In this document: positions 21,397 to 30,301 of the stretch, one piece after another | Layout of the letters: each line of letters starts with the position of its first letter | Numbering within the stretch: position 1 is the first letter of the stretch | Source of the DNA: Rhodobacter capsulatus SB 1003 | Lineage (GTDB): Bacteria > Pseudomonadota > Alphaproteobacteria > Rhodobacterales > Rhodobacteraceae | NCBI RefSeq assembly: GCF_000021865.1 | Contig: NC_014034.1 | Span: forward strand, 2,280,001-2,312,000 | DNA: 32,000 nucleotides | Direction of reading: 5' to 3' | The notes under the pieces: generated by a model | Seen by the model: the letters and a program-made list of their open reading frames with translations, nothing else | Told to the model about the DNA's origin: nothing | The model's database searches: none | Program-made: the position numbers and the translations under genes

Positions 21397-22299
21397 ATGG
21401 CCGACAGACGCGATCACCGGATCATCGACGGCAAGGCGGTGCAGCAGCGCCTTTTGGCCGGGATCCGCGCCGAGCTGGAGGCGGCGGCAGAGACCCATCC
21501 GGTCGGGCGGCTGGTGTCGATCTCGATCGGCCCCTCGCCCGAGATCGAGGTCTATGTCCGCAATCAGGCCCGCGCCGCCGCGACCGCCGGTCTGCCCTTC
21601 GAACAGGTGGTCTGGGAGGCCTCGGCGACGCAGGAGGCCTGCAAGCGCAAGATCGCGGCGCTGAACGATGACCCCTCGGTGCTGGGGATCATCCTGCAAC
21701 GCCCGGTGCCCGCGCATATCCATGTCCGCTCGCTGCAATCGGCGATCCATCCGCTGAAGGATGTCGAGGGGATGAACCCCGCTTCGATAGGCAATATCGT
21801 TTACAATGACATCGCGCTCGCGCCCTGCACCGCGGCGGCGGCGGTGGAGATGGTGCGCGCGACCGGGCTGCCCTTGCCGGGGCTTGAAGTGGTGATGATC
21901 GGGCATTCGGAAATCGTCGGCAAGCCCGTCGCCTTCCTGCTGATGGCCGAGGGGGCGACGGTGACGGTGTGCCACCACATGACGCGCTCGGTCGCGATGC
22001 ATTCGCGGCGTGCCGATGTGGTGATCGTGGCCGTCGGCAAGGCGCATCTGATCGGGCCGGAGATGATCAAGCCCGGCGCGGCGGTGATCGACATCGGGAT
22101 CAATCAGGTCACCGATGCGGCGGGCAAGGTGCGGATTCTGGGCGATGTGGACACCGAGGCCGTGCGCGAGGTGGCGGGCTGGATCACCCCGGTTCCGGGC
22201 GGCGTCGGGCCGGTGACGGTGGCGATGCTGATGCGCAACGCGCTGACCGCGCATCGCCGTCAGGTGGCGGCGGGCTGGCTGGAAGCCGCCAAGGCCTGA
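21397..22299 (+). CDS. folD: FolD-family methylenetetrahydrofolate dehydrogenase/cyclohydrolase paralogue (atypical YxxxK motif)
   Basis: ORF 21205..22299 trimmed to ATG 21397 (MADRRDH, SD AAGGAAGGAA). Motifs: IIDGKAV, LGIILQRPVP, DVEGMNP, PCTA, IGHSEIVGKP, VIDIGIN, ITPVPGGVGPVTVAML. Confidence 0.9.
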   Translation: MADRRDHRIIDGKAVQQRLLAGIRAELEAAAETHPVGRLVSISIGPSPEIEVYVRNQARAAATAGLPFEQVVWEASATQEACKRKIAALNDDPSVLGIILQRPVPAHIHVRSLQSAIHPLKDVEGMNPASIGNIVYNDIALAPCTAAAAVEMVRATGLPLPGLEVVMIGHSEIVGKPVAFLLMAEGATVTVCHHMTRSVAMHSRRADVVIVAVGKAHLIGPEMIKPGAAVIDIGINQVTDAAGKVRILGDVDTEAVREVAGWITPVPGGVGPVTVAMLMRNALTAHRRQVAAGWLEAAKA

Positions 22300-22370
22300 C
22301 CGGGCCGGAGCTGGAACGGAGGCGGAACGGCGGGTGCCGATCACGGGAAAGTGGTCTGACCCCGGTCCAT

Positions 22371-22406
22371 TGCGACGCTTTTCAGCCGCAAGGCGTCGCA
22401 TTTGGG
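22371..22406 (+). terminator. Possible weak intrinsic terminator downstream of folD
   Basis: TGCGACGC-N14-GCGTCGCA (8-bp stem) followed by TTTGGG, about 70 nt after the folD stop. The T-tract is short. Confidence 0.4.
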
Positions 22407-22500
22407 CCACCTTTCCGCGCGACACAACGTTAGCGAGAGTTGATTTTTCCGTCAATCAAGATACCCGAAGGGAGAGTGCCCTCACGCCCCCCCTTCACCC

Positions 22501-22537
22501 GGCGGTGCGCGCCCCGAAGGGACGTGCGCGCACCGCC
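22501..22537. repeat. Very stable GC hairpin / palindromic element in the folD-downstream spacer
   Basis: GGCGGTGCGCGC ... GCGCGCACCGCC: 12-bp perfect arms enclosing CCCGAAGGG (an inner 3-bp stem). No flanking T- or A-tract on either strand. Confidence 0.5.
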
Positions 22538-22629
22538 GCAAACCCGGATCGGTCGAAAGCTCAAATGCGCCGGAAATTCGGCGCGATCTTAGCGCCGTCT
22601 TCACCTTCGCCCGCGATGGTGCCCCCGAT

Positions 22630-23415
22630 GTGGCCGGTCAGGATCCTGCAGTGACGTGGTTTTGCCCTTCCCCTGGCGTCCTTGGCTGGACCGGCCCCGC
22701 TCTGGCGGCGCTGGTCGGGCTGGGCTGTGCCACGGCGGCTTTCGCGGCCGAACCGGGCACTGCGACCGATTACCAGGGCGCCTGCAGCCTGACCGCGGCC
22801 GGGGGCGAGACGCTTTTTGCGGGCGATTGCGCCATCAGCCGCCGCCCCGCCCCCCCCGCCTCGGCCGAGGATCGCTGCGCCTATCAGCGCTATGAGGTGC
22901 TCTTTCCCGGCATCGGCCTGGCGGTGGTGGAACGCGGCAACGACCCGGACTGCCCGCCGCGGTTTCAGGACCGCCCGGCCGCCTTTCTTGCGCGCGACCG
23001 GCAGGGTCAGCTGGTTCTGGCCACGGCCGAGGGGGCGCTTTTGCGCTTTTCCCCCGGTCCGGCCGATCCGCCCGCGCCGGTGCCGGTTCTGGACGATCTG
23101 TTCCGCGGCTTCGAAACCTGCCGCCCCGGGCCGGAATATCAGGCCTTTGCCCGGCAGCTGCGCAAAGTGCTGGCCTCCGGAGAGGACGGGCCGGGCGCGA
23201 TCGCCTGGCCCGCCGGAAACCCGCCGCCGGGCCAGAAGCTGCGCAGCCGCCAAAGCGGATCCTGGCAGCAGATCGACGTTCCGCTGCGCGGGCGCTATCT
23301 GGGTCTTGCCCTGGCCGGGCTGCGGCTGGAAACCGGGATCGGCACCGGGCAGCGGCGCGACACCCTGATCTTCGCAGGCCCGCCCGGACCGCTGGTCTGT
23401 CCGGGGCTAGACTGA
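22630..23415 (+). CDS. Hypothetical secreted (periplasmic) protein, Cys-containing
   Basis: High GC3 in this frame. The track start is GTG 22630; an alternative GTG at 22651 has AGGA 7 nt upstream. Signal-peptide-like N-terminus (GPALAALVGLGCATAAFA/AEP). I recognise no family motif. Confidence 0.6.
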   Translation: MAGQDPAVTWFCPSPGVLGWTGPALAALVGLGCATAAFAAEPGTATDYQGACSLTAAGGETLFAGDCAISRRPAPPASAEDRCAYQRYEVLFPGIGLAVVERGNDPDCPPRFQDRPAAFLARDRQGQLVLATAEGALLRFSPGPADPPAPVPVLDDLFRGFETCRPGPEYQAFARQLRKVLASGEDGPGAIAWPAGNPPPGQKLRSRQSGSWQQIDVPLRGRYLGLALAGLRLETGIGTGQRRDTLIFAGPPGPLVCPGLD

Positions 23416-23425
23416 GCGCCCGGGC

Positions 23426-23893
23426 TCAGAAATCCTGATTTCGCAACAGCTGCGCCGGGATCGCCAGACCCGCGCCGATCGCCGCCAGGGTGAAGATGAC
23501 GCGGATGATATGCTCGGCCGCCGAGACGAAGATCTCGACCGCATTGCCGGGATGGGGCGCGGTCAGGGCAAAGAACCCGAGCAGCGCCTCGCCGAAAAAG
23601 GCGCCCGGCACCATCGGGATGCAGCCCGCCAGCGCCACCGCGTTGCAGGCCGGGCCCAGCTGGCCGCGCAGCGCGGAGACCGTGCAGGAGGTGACGATGG
23701 CGGCGGCAAAGGTCGCCCCCTCGAGGCTCCAGGCGAGATCGAGCCCGCCGGTGCGGACCATCAGCGCCAGCGCCCCGGCCGCGGCGCACCAGGGCAGCGC
23801 CCGCAGCCCGAAGTTGAACAAGACGCCGAAACCGGCGGCGGCGGCGGCGCCAAACAGCGCCTGATGCAGCAGATGCGGCAGGAAATCCCACAT
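23426..23893 (-). CDS. Threonine/serine exporter family protein, small subunit (YjjB-like, ThrE_2/DUF3815)
   Basis: ORF 23426..24745 trimmed to the ATG at 23893 (MWDFLPHLL). 155-aa protein with 4-5 TM helices, 2 nt downstream of the YjjP-like gene, which is the classic split ThrE arrangement. Confidence 0.8.
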   Translation of the reverse strand: MWDFLPHLLHQALFGAAAAAGFGVLFNFGLRALPWCAAAGALALMVRTGGLDLAWSLEGATFAAAIVTSCTVSALRGQLGPACNAVALAGCIPMVPGAFFGEALLGFFALTAPHPGNAVEIFVSAAEHIIRVIFTLAAIGAGLAIPAQLLRNQDF

Positions 23894-23895
23894 GA

Positions 23896-24690
23896 TCAAC
23901 TCCTCATCCCCAGAAGTTCCTCGGCAAACCAGATCCCGGTCGCGGCGAAAAGCATGATCATCAGCACCCAGACCGCGCGGGCGCTGCCCATCGTCGGATA
24001 GCCGTCCATGATGTCGGTCTGCGCATTGGTCGAGGGCACGCCCGGCACCAGAAGCAGGATCGAAGCCATCATCGCCAGCTGCACCGTGCCGCTTTGCAGC
24101 GCGATCGCGCCCAGCCCGCCCAGCGTCGCCGACAGGAAGGCGATCGCCCCGGCGACGATGAAGATGTTCACGCCGCGATGCAGCAGGTGGTGGCGGATGT
24201 ATTGCCCGATCGCCCCCGCCAGCCAGACCGGCCCGAAGGCCAGCCAGTCGACGCCCAGAAGCCGCCCGAAGGAGGCGCAGGCCAGCCCCACCGCCAGCGC
24301 GGTGAACCAGGCCGCATGCCGCGGCGTCTCGCGCACCAGACGCGCCAGTTCCGCCTCGACCTCCTCGACGCTCATGCCGCCCCTTTCGGCGCGCGAACAA
24401 AGCTCGCGCACCGCCAGATCCAGCCGGTGGTTCACCCCCAGCCGCCCGACCTGCAGCATCCGCGTGATCGTCTGATCGGCGACATGCACCGTCATCGCGA
24501 TCGAAGTATAGCCCGAGCGCAGCCCGATCGTCTCGACGCCGAAGCCGCGCGCGATCATCGTGATGCCGCGGTGCACGACGCTGACCGAGGCGCCGCTTTC
24601 CATCATGATCCTGCCCGCCTTGAGCGCCGCATTGGCGTAACGCTCCAGCTCGCGGTGGCGGATGACCACCGGATCGTCCCGGCTCTCCAT
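23896..24690 (-). CDS. Threonine/serine exporter family protein, large subunit (YjjP-like, ThrE/DUF1212)
   Basis: ORF 23896..24822 trimmed to ATG 24690 (MESRDDPVV). Soluble N-terminal part (ALKAGRIMMESGASVSVV) followed by TM helices, with LLLVPGVPSTNA characteristic of ThrE-family proteins. Confidence 0.8.
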   Translation of the reverse strand: MESRDDPVVIRHRELERYANAALKAGRIMMESGASVSVVHRGITMIARGFGVETIGLRSGYTSIAMTVHVADQTITRMLQVGRLGVNHRLDLAVRELCSRAERGGMSVEEVEAELARLVRETPRHAAWFTALAVGLACASFGRLLGVDWLAFGPVWLAGAIGQYIRHHLLHRGVNIFIVAGAIAFLSATLGGLGAIALQSGTVQLAMMASILLLVPGVPSTNAQTDIMDGYPTMGSARAVWVLMIMLFAATGIWFAEELLGMRS

Positions 24691-24766
24691 GAGCTTCCCC
24701 TTCTTGCAACCGGCCCCCCGTAGCAGCCCGGGCAAGGCGGGGCAACCATCGAAACGGCCCTGCATA

Positions 24767-27574
24767 TCAGCTATGCCCGCCCTCCCGGCGGACAAGGGCA
24801 AGATCCTGATAATCTTGCGCAAAACTCGGCCGGATCCGGCCTGTCAGCCGGCCTGCCGCAACGGCGGCGCCGGTGGCGCCCTGCATGCGAAGACCGCGTA
24901 CGCTCCCGCAGGTCTGCGCCTCGCCCAGCAGCGCCTGCGTCGCGGCCGCGTTTTCCTCGAACATCGCCGCATTGTGCTGGGTGACCTGATCAAGCTGGTT
25001 CACCGCCGCGGTGATTTCCGAAATCCCCGCCGATTGCTCGCCCGCGCCGGTCTCGATCGCGGCCAGCAAAGCATCGAGCCGCGACACCAGATCCTCGATC
25101 CGGCCAAGCGCCGCATCCGAGCCGCTGGCCAGTTCCACCCCCTCGCCGACCTGCCGCACCGAGGTCGCGATCAGCCCGGCGATCTCGCGCGCGGCCTCGG
25201 AAGACCGCTGCGCCAGCCCCCGCACCTCTGACGCGACGACGGCAAAACCGCGCCCGGCCTCGCCCGCCCGCGCAGCTTCCACGCCCGCATTCAGCGCCAG
25301 AAGATTGGTCTGGAAGGCGATGTCGTCGATGACACTGGTGATGCGGGAAATCTGCTCCGAGCTTTGCGCGATGTCGGTCATCGCCTGCAGCGTGCGGCGC
25401 ACCACCTCGCGCCCGGCGGCGGTGGTCTCGCGGGTCTGGCCGACCGCCCGCGCCGCCTCGCGCGCGCCCTGCAACGCCTGCGCGACCGAGGCCGCCATCT
25501 GGTTCATCGCCGCCGCGGTTTCCTCCAGCGAGGCCGCCTGCGTCTCGGTCCGCCGCCCCAGCTCGCCCGAGGCCGCGCCGAGCTGATGCGCCTCCGATTG
25601 CACCGAACCGCTGGCCCGGACGATCTCGCTCAACAGCTCGGCCATCCGCGTCACCGCCTGGTTGAAATCGCTGCGCAGCCCCTCGTAAGCCGCGGGGAAA
25701 GCGGTCTCGATCCGCGCCGTCAGATCGCCCGCCGACATCGCCCGCAGCGCCTCGGCCAGCCGCGACACCACCAGCTGCTGCTCCTGCAGCTGCGCCGCGC
25801 GCTCGGCCTCGGCCGCGTCGCGCAGCCGCCGCCGCTCCTGCCGCTCGGCTTCCTGCCGGGCCTGCTCCTGCCGGTCGCGGTCGCGCTCGGCCTCGGCCGC
25901 CGCCAGCGCCGCCTGTTGCGCCGCCCGCTCGGCCGCCGCCGCCGCCTCGGCCCGGTCCATGTCCTCGCGCATGCGCCGGGTGCGGTCGTTCAGCGCGTCG
26001 CGAAACACCGTCAGCGCCCCGGCCAGCGCGCCGATTTCGCCCGCCCCCGGCCGCAGCCCGTCCACCGCGCCGGTGTCGCCCGCCGCCAGCCGCGCCGTCG
26101 CCTGCGTCACCCGCTGCAGCGGCCGCACGATGCCAAGCCAGGCCAGAAGCGGTGCCAGAAGCCCGAAGATCGCGCTCAGCCCCGCCAGCGCCAGCAGCGT
26201 GCCGATCGCCCCGGAGGTGCGGTCATGCACCGCGCCGCTGGTGCCGTCGATCCGACCGAGCACCGTTTCCGCCGCCGCCGCCGCCCCGGTGGTGATCGTG
26301 TCCATCGCCGCATTGGCGGCGTCAAAGGCGGTCTCGGCGGCGGCCCGCGCCTTGATCGCGCGCAGATGCGCCTGCGCCAGCCCCCTGGCCGGATCGGTCC
26401 GGTCCAGAAGATCGCGCAGCAAGGGCCGCAGATCCGGCGGCAGCTGCGCCATCTGCCCCGCCACCACCGCCCGCGCGGCCTCCAGCGCGGCGCTTTCGCG
26501 GTCATAGCTTTCCAGACTGCGGCTCAGCGCCAGCCGCAGCGCCGAGGCGACCAGATCGCGCGCCCGCGCCTCGATCCGCGCCGCCTCGATCATCGGCGCC
26601 ACGTCGCGGGTCAGAAGCGTGTCGATCGTCGTCGCATTGGCCTTGCCCGCCTCGATCGCATTCAGCGTCAGCGCGAAGGCCAGATCATCGACGGCAGAGC
26701 CGAGCCCCAGATCGACCTTTGTCGCAAGGCTTTGAATCTGCTGACGCAATTGCGGATCATCGCGGCTGCCGGGCCGCGCCAGATCGCGGGCCAGACCGGC
26801 CAGACGGGCCAGATCGGCGCGCAGCGGCGCCAGCGGGCCCGTCGGCTCGATGGCGACGATCTTGTCCTGCATCCGGCTTTCGCCGGCGGCCACGCTGTCG
26901 CGCACGATCGCCTGACCGGCGACATCGAGCCCCGGCACCATCGCCAACGCCGCGCCGCGCAGCACGTTCACCTCGACCCGCAAGGCCAGCGCATCGCTGA
27001 GCCGGGCGAAATCGCGGTCGACCAGATCTTCCAGCGTGGTCTTCACCCGGCCCGAGGCCGCCTCGCCGCCCATCACCATGTTGAAATAGGCATCGTCGCC
27101 GATCTCGACCAGCCGTTCGGAAATGCGGGTGTTCACCTCGAAGATGCCCGCCACCGCCGCATCCGTCTCGGCCAGCGCGGCAAAGCCCTGCTGCCGGGCA
27201 TCGACCAGATCGCCCGCCCGCGCGCCGATCGTGCCGACCGCCTCGCGCAGCCCCGCGGGGGCGTCGCGCAGCGCGGCGTCAAGCCCGGCCAGCGTCCGCT
27301 GCAGGTGCTGTCGCGCCGCCTGCAGATCCCCGGGCGTTCCGGCCGAAAGAATGTCGACCATCGCCTGCGCCAGATCCCCGGTCGCGCCCGAAAGCGCCAT
27401 GGTCTGGCGCAGCTCCGGCACCTCCTGCTCGGTCAGATCGCGGACGACGGTGTCGGTGTCGCGAAAGACATCGAGGCTGATGCCGACCGCCAGCGCGGTC
27501 AGCGTCAAAAGCGCCAGAACGATGCCGACGATCTTCGCGCCGACGCTGGCGAAAAGGCGGGTAAGACGGGTCAT
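24767..27574 (-). CDS. Methyl-accepting chemotaxis protein with a very large helical periplasmic region
   Basis: ORF 24767..27649; preferred ATG at 27574 (MTRLTRLF) with GGGGGA 7 nt upstream. TM1 is [18 protein letters not shown], followed by ~450 periplasmic residues and TM2 [24 protein letters not shown]. Then a HAMP domain and the conserved signalling hairpin [43 protein letters not shown]. Confidence 0.9.
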   Translation of the reverse strand: MTRLTRLFASVGAKIVGIVLALLTLTALAVGISLDVFRDTDTVVRDLTEQEVPELRQTMALSGATGDLAQAMVDILSAGTPGDLQAARQHLQRTLAGLDAALRDAPAGLREAVGTIGARAGDLVDARQQGFAALAETDAAVAGIFEVNTRISERLVEIGDDAYFNMVMGGEAASGRVKTTLEDLVDRDFARLSDALALRVEVNVLRGAALAMVPGLDVAGQAIVRDSVAAGESRMQDKIVAIEPTGPLAPLRADLARLAGLARDLARPGSRDDPQLRQQIQSLATKVDLGLGSAVDDLAFALTLNAIEAGKANATTIDTLLTRDVAPMIEAARIEARARDLVASALRLALSRSLESYDRESAALEAARAVVAGQMAQLPPDLRPLLRDLLDRTDPARGLAQAHLRAIKARAAAETAFDAANAAMDTITTGAAAAAETVLGRIDGTSGAVHDRTSGAIGTLLALAGLSAIFGLLAPLLAWLGIVRPLQRVTQATARLAAGDTGAVDGLRPGAGEIGALAGALTVFRDALNDRTRRMREDMDRAEAAAAAERAAQQAALAAAEAERDRDRQEQARQEAERQERRRLRDAAEAERAAQLQEQQLVVSRLAEALRAMSAGDLTARIETAFPAAYEGLRSDFNQAVTRMAELLSEIVRASGSVQSEAHQLGAASGELGRRTETQAASLEETAAAMNQMAASVAQALQGAREAARAVGQTRETTAAGREVVRRTLQAMTDIAQSSEQISRITSVIDDIAFQTNLLALNAGVEAARAGEAGRGFAVVASEVRGLAQRSSEAAREIAGLIATSVRQVGEGVELASGSDAALGRIEDLVSRLDALLAAIETGAGEQSAGISEITAAVNQLDQVTQHNAAMFEENAAATQALLGEAQTCGSVRGLRMQGATGAAVAAGRLTGRIRPSFAQDYQDLALVRREGGHS

Positions 27575-27593
27575 GCGCATTCCCCCGGGCCGC

Positions 27594-28796
27594 TCAGCCG
27601 CCGGTCCCGGGCGCGGGCACGGGGGTCGCCGCGGGCGTGAGTTCGGCAATCGTCCCCGCCGGAGAGATCTCTGTCAGGAACACCTGATCCAGACCCTGAT
27701 TGTCGCCCGGACCGAACTGCAACTGCAGCCCGTCCAGATCGACGTCGCGCAGATCTTGCAGCGCCGTCAGATAGCTGGAACGGGTCGGGTTCGGCCCCGC
27801 CGCGGCCAGCGCCGCCAGCGCCAGACGGCCGGTCAGATAGCCCTCGAAGGAGACGAAGCCGCCGTTCGCCGCCGGATCCAGCGCCGCGAGCGCCGCCTGA
27901 TAGCGCGCCACCACCGGAATGTCGGTGTCGAACGGATAGGGCACGACCTGCGAAATCACCACCCCCGCGCCCTCGGCGCCGAGTTCGGCCAGAAGCGCAT
28001 CGGTGCCGACAAAGGAGATGTTGACCATCTCGGGGCGATAGCCGATGCGATGGGCGACGCGGGCGAATTCGGCCACCGGCTTGTAGGCGCCGACGAGCAC
28101 CACCGCCTCCACCCCGGCGCGGCGCAGGCCCAGAAGCGCGGTCTTCACCGCCAGGGTGTTGCGCACATAGGCACCGCGCGCCGTCAGCTGCAGCCCGCGT
28201 TTCGCAAGCGCCGCCTCCAGCGCCGCAAGCCCGGCCCGGCCGAAACTGTCGTCCTGATAAAGGAATGCCGATCTTCTGCTTGCCCGGGTCTCGACCAGAT
28301 GTTGCACCCAGGCCTCGGCCTCGGCGCCATAGGAGGGGCGCAGGTTGAAAACATTGCGCAATTTCGGATCGCGCAGGAAGGCCGCGCCGGTAAAGGGGCC
28401 GATGAAGGGCAGCCCCGCCGCCTCGGCCAAGGGCTGCGTCGCCTGCGAGGTCGGCGTGCCCACCGCCCCGATCAGCGCCAGATGGGCATTGCCCGCAATC
28501 ACCGCCCGGGTGCGCTCGGCCGAGGTTTCGGGCTCGTAGCCGTCGTCAAAGGCCTCCAGCCGCAGCTTCCGCCCCAGCACGCCGCCCGCCCGGTTCGCCT
28601 CTTCGAAAGCGGCGCGGATCCCGAGGTTCATGCCGGTGCCAAGCGCCGCCGCGGGCCCGGCCAGCGGCGCCACCTGCGCGAAGGCCAGATCGCCCCCGCC
28701 CGGGGCCTGCTGCGCCGCGACCGGCGCGGTCCCAAGGCCCGAAACCAGCGCGCAAAGCGTCAGCAGGCGCGCGGCAAGAACAAGCGGCTTTGGCAT
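27594..28796 (-). CDS. Periplasmic solute-binding protein, type I (LivJ / Peripla_BP_6-like, branched-chain amino acid type)
   Basis: 400 aa. Signal peptide [29 protein letters not shown]. Family-typical segments [18 protein letters not shown] and [15 protein letters not shown]. The stop lies 19 nt upstream of the MCP start. No ABC permease or ATPase genes are adjacent. Confidence 0.9.
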   Translation of the reverse strand: MPKPLVLAARLLTLCALVSGLGTAPVAAQQAPGGGDLAFAQVAPLAGPAAALGTGMNLGIRAAFEEANRAGGVLGRKLRLEAFDDGYEPETSAERTRAVIAGNAHLALIGAVGTPTSQATQPLAEAAGLPFIGPFTGAAFLRDPKLRNVFNLRPSYGAEAEAWVQHLVETRASRRSAFLYQDDSFGRAGLAALEAALAKRGLQLTARGAYVRNTLAVKTALLGLRRAGVEAVVLVGAYKPVAEFARVAHRIGYRPEMVNISFVGTDALLAELGAEGAGVVISQVVPYPFDTDIPVVARYQAALAALDPAANGGFVSFEGYLTGRLALAALAAAGPNPTRSSYLTALQDLRDVDLDGLQLQFGPGDNQGLDQVFLTEISPAGTIAELTPAATPVPAPGTGG

Positions 28797-28867
28797 CCCG
28801 GTCTCCTGTGTCAGTCGGGGTTCAGGACTAAAGGCGAAGGCTTTCCATGCGATTAACGGCCCCCGGA

Positions 28868-29455
28868 TCAGCCGCGCAGCGCCCCCAGAAGCAGCGACAC
28901 CGAGACCAGCGCCAGCCAGCCCGAAGCGATCCGGCGCAGCCCGCCCGCCCGCGCCTCACCCGCCCGAGCATGCGACAGCGCGCCGAACCCGCCCCAGAGC
29001 AGCGCCACCGCGACGACCAGCGCGCAAAAGACAAGAAGCCGCGCCGCGATCTCGGCCGGGCTCGGCGCGGGCAGCAGCACAAGGCCGAAGATCAGCGCCT
29101 TGGGGTTGAGTGCCGTGGTGACGAAGATCCGCCCGGCGCCGATCGCGAAGCCCTCGGCCCCCGCCGCCGCCGAGCACCACAGCCGCACCGCCAGCACCAT
29201 CACCCAAAGCGCCGCCGCCAGCTTCAGCAGCAGCGCCGCCCCGGGCGCCCGGGCCATCAGCCCCGCCCCCGCCAGCGCCAGCGGCACAACCGTGAGCAGA
29301 TAGCCCGCCAGCTCCGCCGGAACCAGCCGCAGGACCCGGGCCAAGCCATGACTGGCGCCCGCGACCGCCATCAGCGTGTTCGTCGGCCCCGGCGCCAGCA
29401 GCAGCGCCAGCACCGCAAGGGAAAAAGCCGCAAGGGTCATGGGGACGATCCGCAT
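28868..29455 (-). CDS. LysE/RhtB-family amino-acid efflux protein
   Basis: ORF 28868..29563. The start is either ATG 29455 or ATG 29440 (MTLAAFSLAVLALLLAPGPTNTL, the LysE-family PGP motif). About 6 TM helices; TTALNPKALIFGLVLLP is family-typical. Confidence 0.8.
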   Translation of the reverse strand: MRIVPMTLAAFSLAVLALLLAPGPTNTLMAVAGASHGLARVLRLVPAELAGYLLTVVPLALAGAGLMARAPGAALLLKLAAALWVMVLAVRLWCSAAAGAEGFAIGAGRIFVTTALNPKALIFGLVLLPAPSPAEIAARLLVFCALVVAVALLWGGFGALSHARAGEARAGGLRRIASGWLALVSVSLLLGALRG

Positions 29456-29589
29456 CTTTGGTGGCGCGACCGGGCTACGCCGGAACCGCGGCCCCGGCAA
29501 CAGCAAAAGCGTCGAAACGTCGCAGCTTCGGAGGGCAGTGTCGGGGGGCAGCCCCGGCCGCAACCGGACCGGGCCGCCACGGGGCCCCG

Positions 29590-29612
29590 ATTTCGGGTCG
29601 AAATGCCCGAAA
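29590..29612. promoter_or_regulatory. Interleaved palindromes in the LysE/Rrf2 divergent spacer (candidate operator)
   Basis: ATTTCG-GGT-CGAAAT (29590-29604) overlaps TTTCGGG-N8-CCCGAAA (29591-29612), about 55-75 nt upstream of the Rrf2 start codon. Confidence 0.35.
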
Positions 29613-29664
29613 CCCCGACAAGATCGACATTGATAAACGCCCCGCGCCCCCGTAAGGCTGGGAC

Positions 29665-30117
29665 ATGATCACGCAGAAGATGAAATACGCGCTCAAGGCG
29701 CTTCTGGAGCTGGCCGACGAGGCCCGGCGCGACAGCCCGCAGGCGCTGACGATCGAGGAGATCGCCACCCGGTCCGGCACGCCGAAGCGGTTTCTGGAGC
29801 ATATCCTGCTGGATCTGCGCAAGGCCGGGGTCGTGGCCTCGATCCGCGGCCGGTCGGGCGGCTACAGCCTGCTGAAGGCGCCGCGCGACGTGTCGATTTC
29901 GGAACTCGTGCGCCGCATCGACGGGCCGATCGCGCCCTTGCCCTGCCTGTCGCGCAGCGCCTATCAGCCCTGCGACGATTGCCACGACGAGGCCGCCTGC
30001 CGCATCCGCAAGGTCTTTGCCGAGGTGTTCTGGTCCTATCTGGTGCTGATCGACTCGCTGACGCTGGAAGACATGCTGGCGGCGGGCAATCCCGCGGCGA
30101 AGCTGCTCGAAGACTGA
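29665..30117 (+). CDS. Rrf2-family transcriptional regulator with a four-Cys cluster
   Basis: MKYALKALLELA plus a winged-helix segment (IEEIATRSGTPKRFLEHILLDLRKAGVVASIRGRSGGYSL). C-terminal cysteines PCLSRSAYQPCDDCHDEAAC. Confidence 0.9.
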   Translation: MITQKMKYALKALLELADEARRDSPQALTIEEIATRSGTPKRFLEHILLDLRKAGVVASIRGRSGGYSLLKAPRDVSISELVRRIDGPIAPLPCLSRSAYQPCDDCHDEAACRIRKVFAEVFWSYLVLIDSLTLEDMLAAGNPAAKLLED

Positions 30118-30200
30118 TTACCCCATATCGTCAATGCCTTGCGGGTCGATCTTCGGGTCGGCCCCTGGTTTTGCGCGGCGCGGCGCAGAAGATTCCCGCT

Positions 30201-30277
30201 TAATCACGATGAAATAGAGCGTGATTATTCCCTTGATATACACGACTTATGCGGTAGATTTTAGGGAAGATCTTCCC
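30201..30277 (+). promoter_or_regulatory. Candidate promoter and operator set for the small ORF
   Basis: TAATCACG-N11-CGTGATTA (30201-30227), then TTGATA (30233-30238)-N16-TAGATT (30255-30260), then the perfect 14-bp palindrome GGGAAGATCTTCCC (30264-30277), then SD AAGGAAAGGAG. Confidence 0.4.
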
Positions 30278-30301
30278 GTGCCCCAAGGAAAGGAGCCCGC
30301 C

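Noticed and set aside
22334-22654. 106-aa ORF in the folD-downstream gap.
   Set aside because: No SD, an Arg/Pro-rich composition, it spans hairpins and AT-rich promoter-like DNA, and it shows no GC3 pattern consistent with neighbouring genes. I treat it as non-coding.
23410-23432. Short palindrome-like sequence spanning the convergent stop codons of the secreted hypothetical and yjjB (CTGAGCGCCCGGGCTCAG), considered as a bidirectional terminator.
   Set aside because: The stem is only ~4 bp (GAGC/GCTC) with an imperfect centre and no T-tracts, which is too weak to call.
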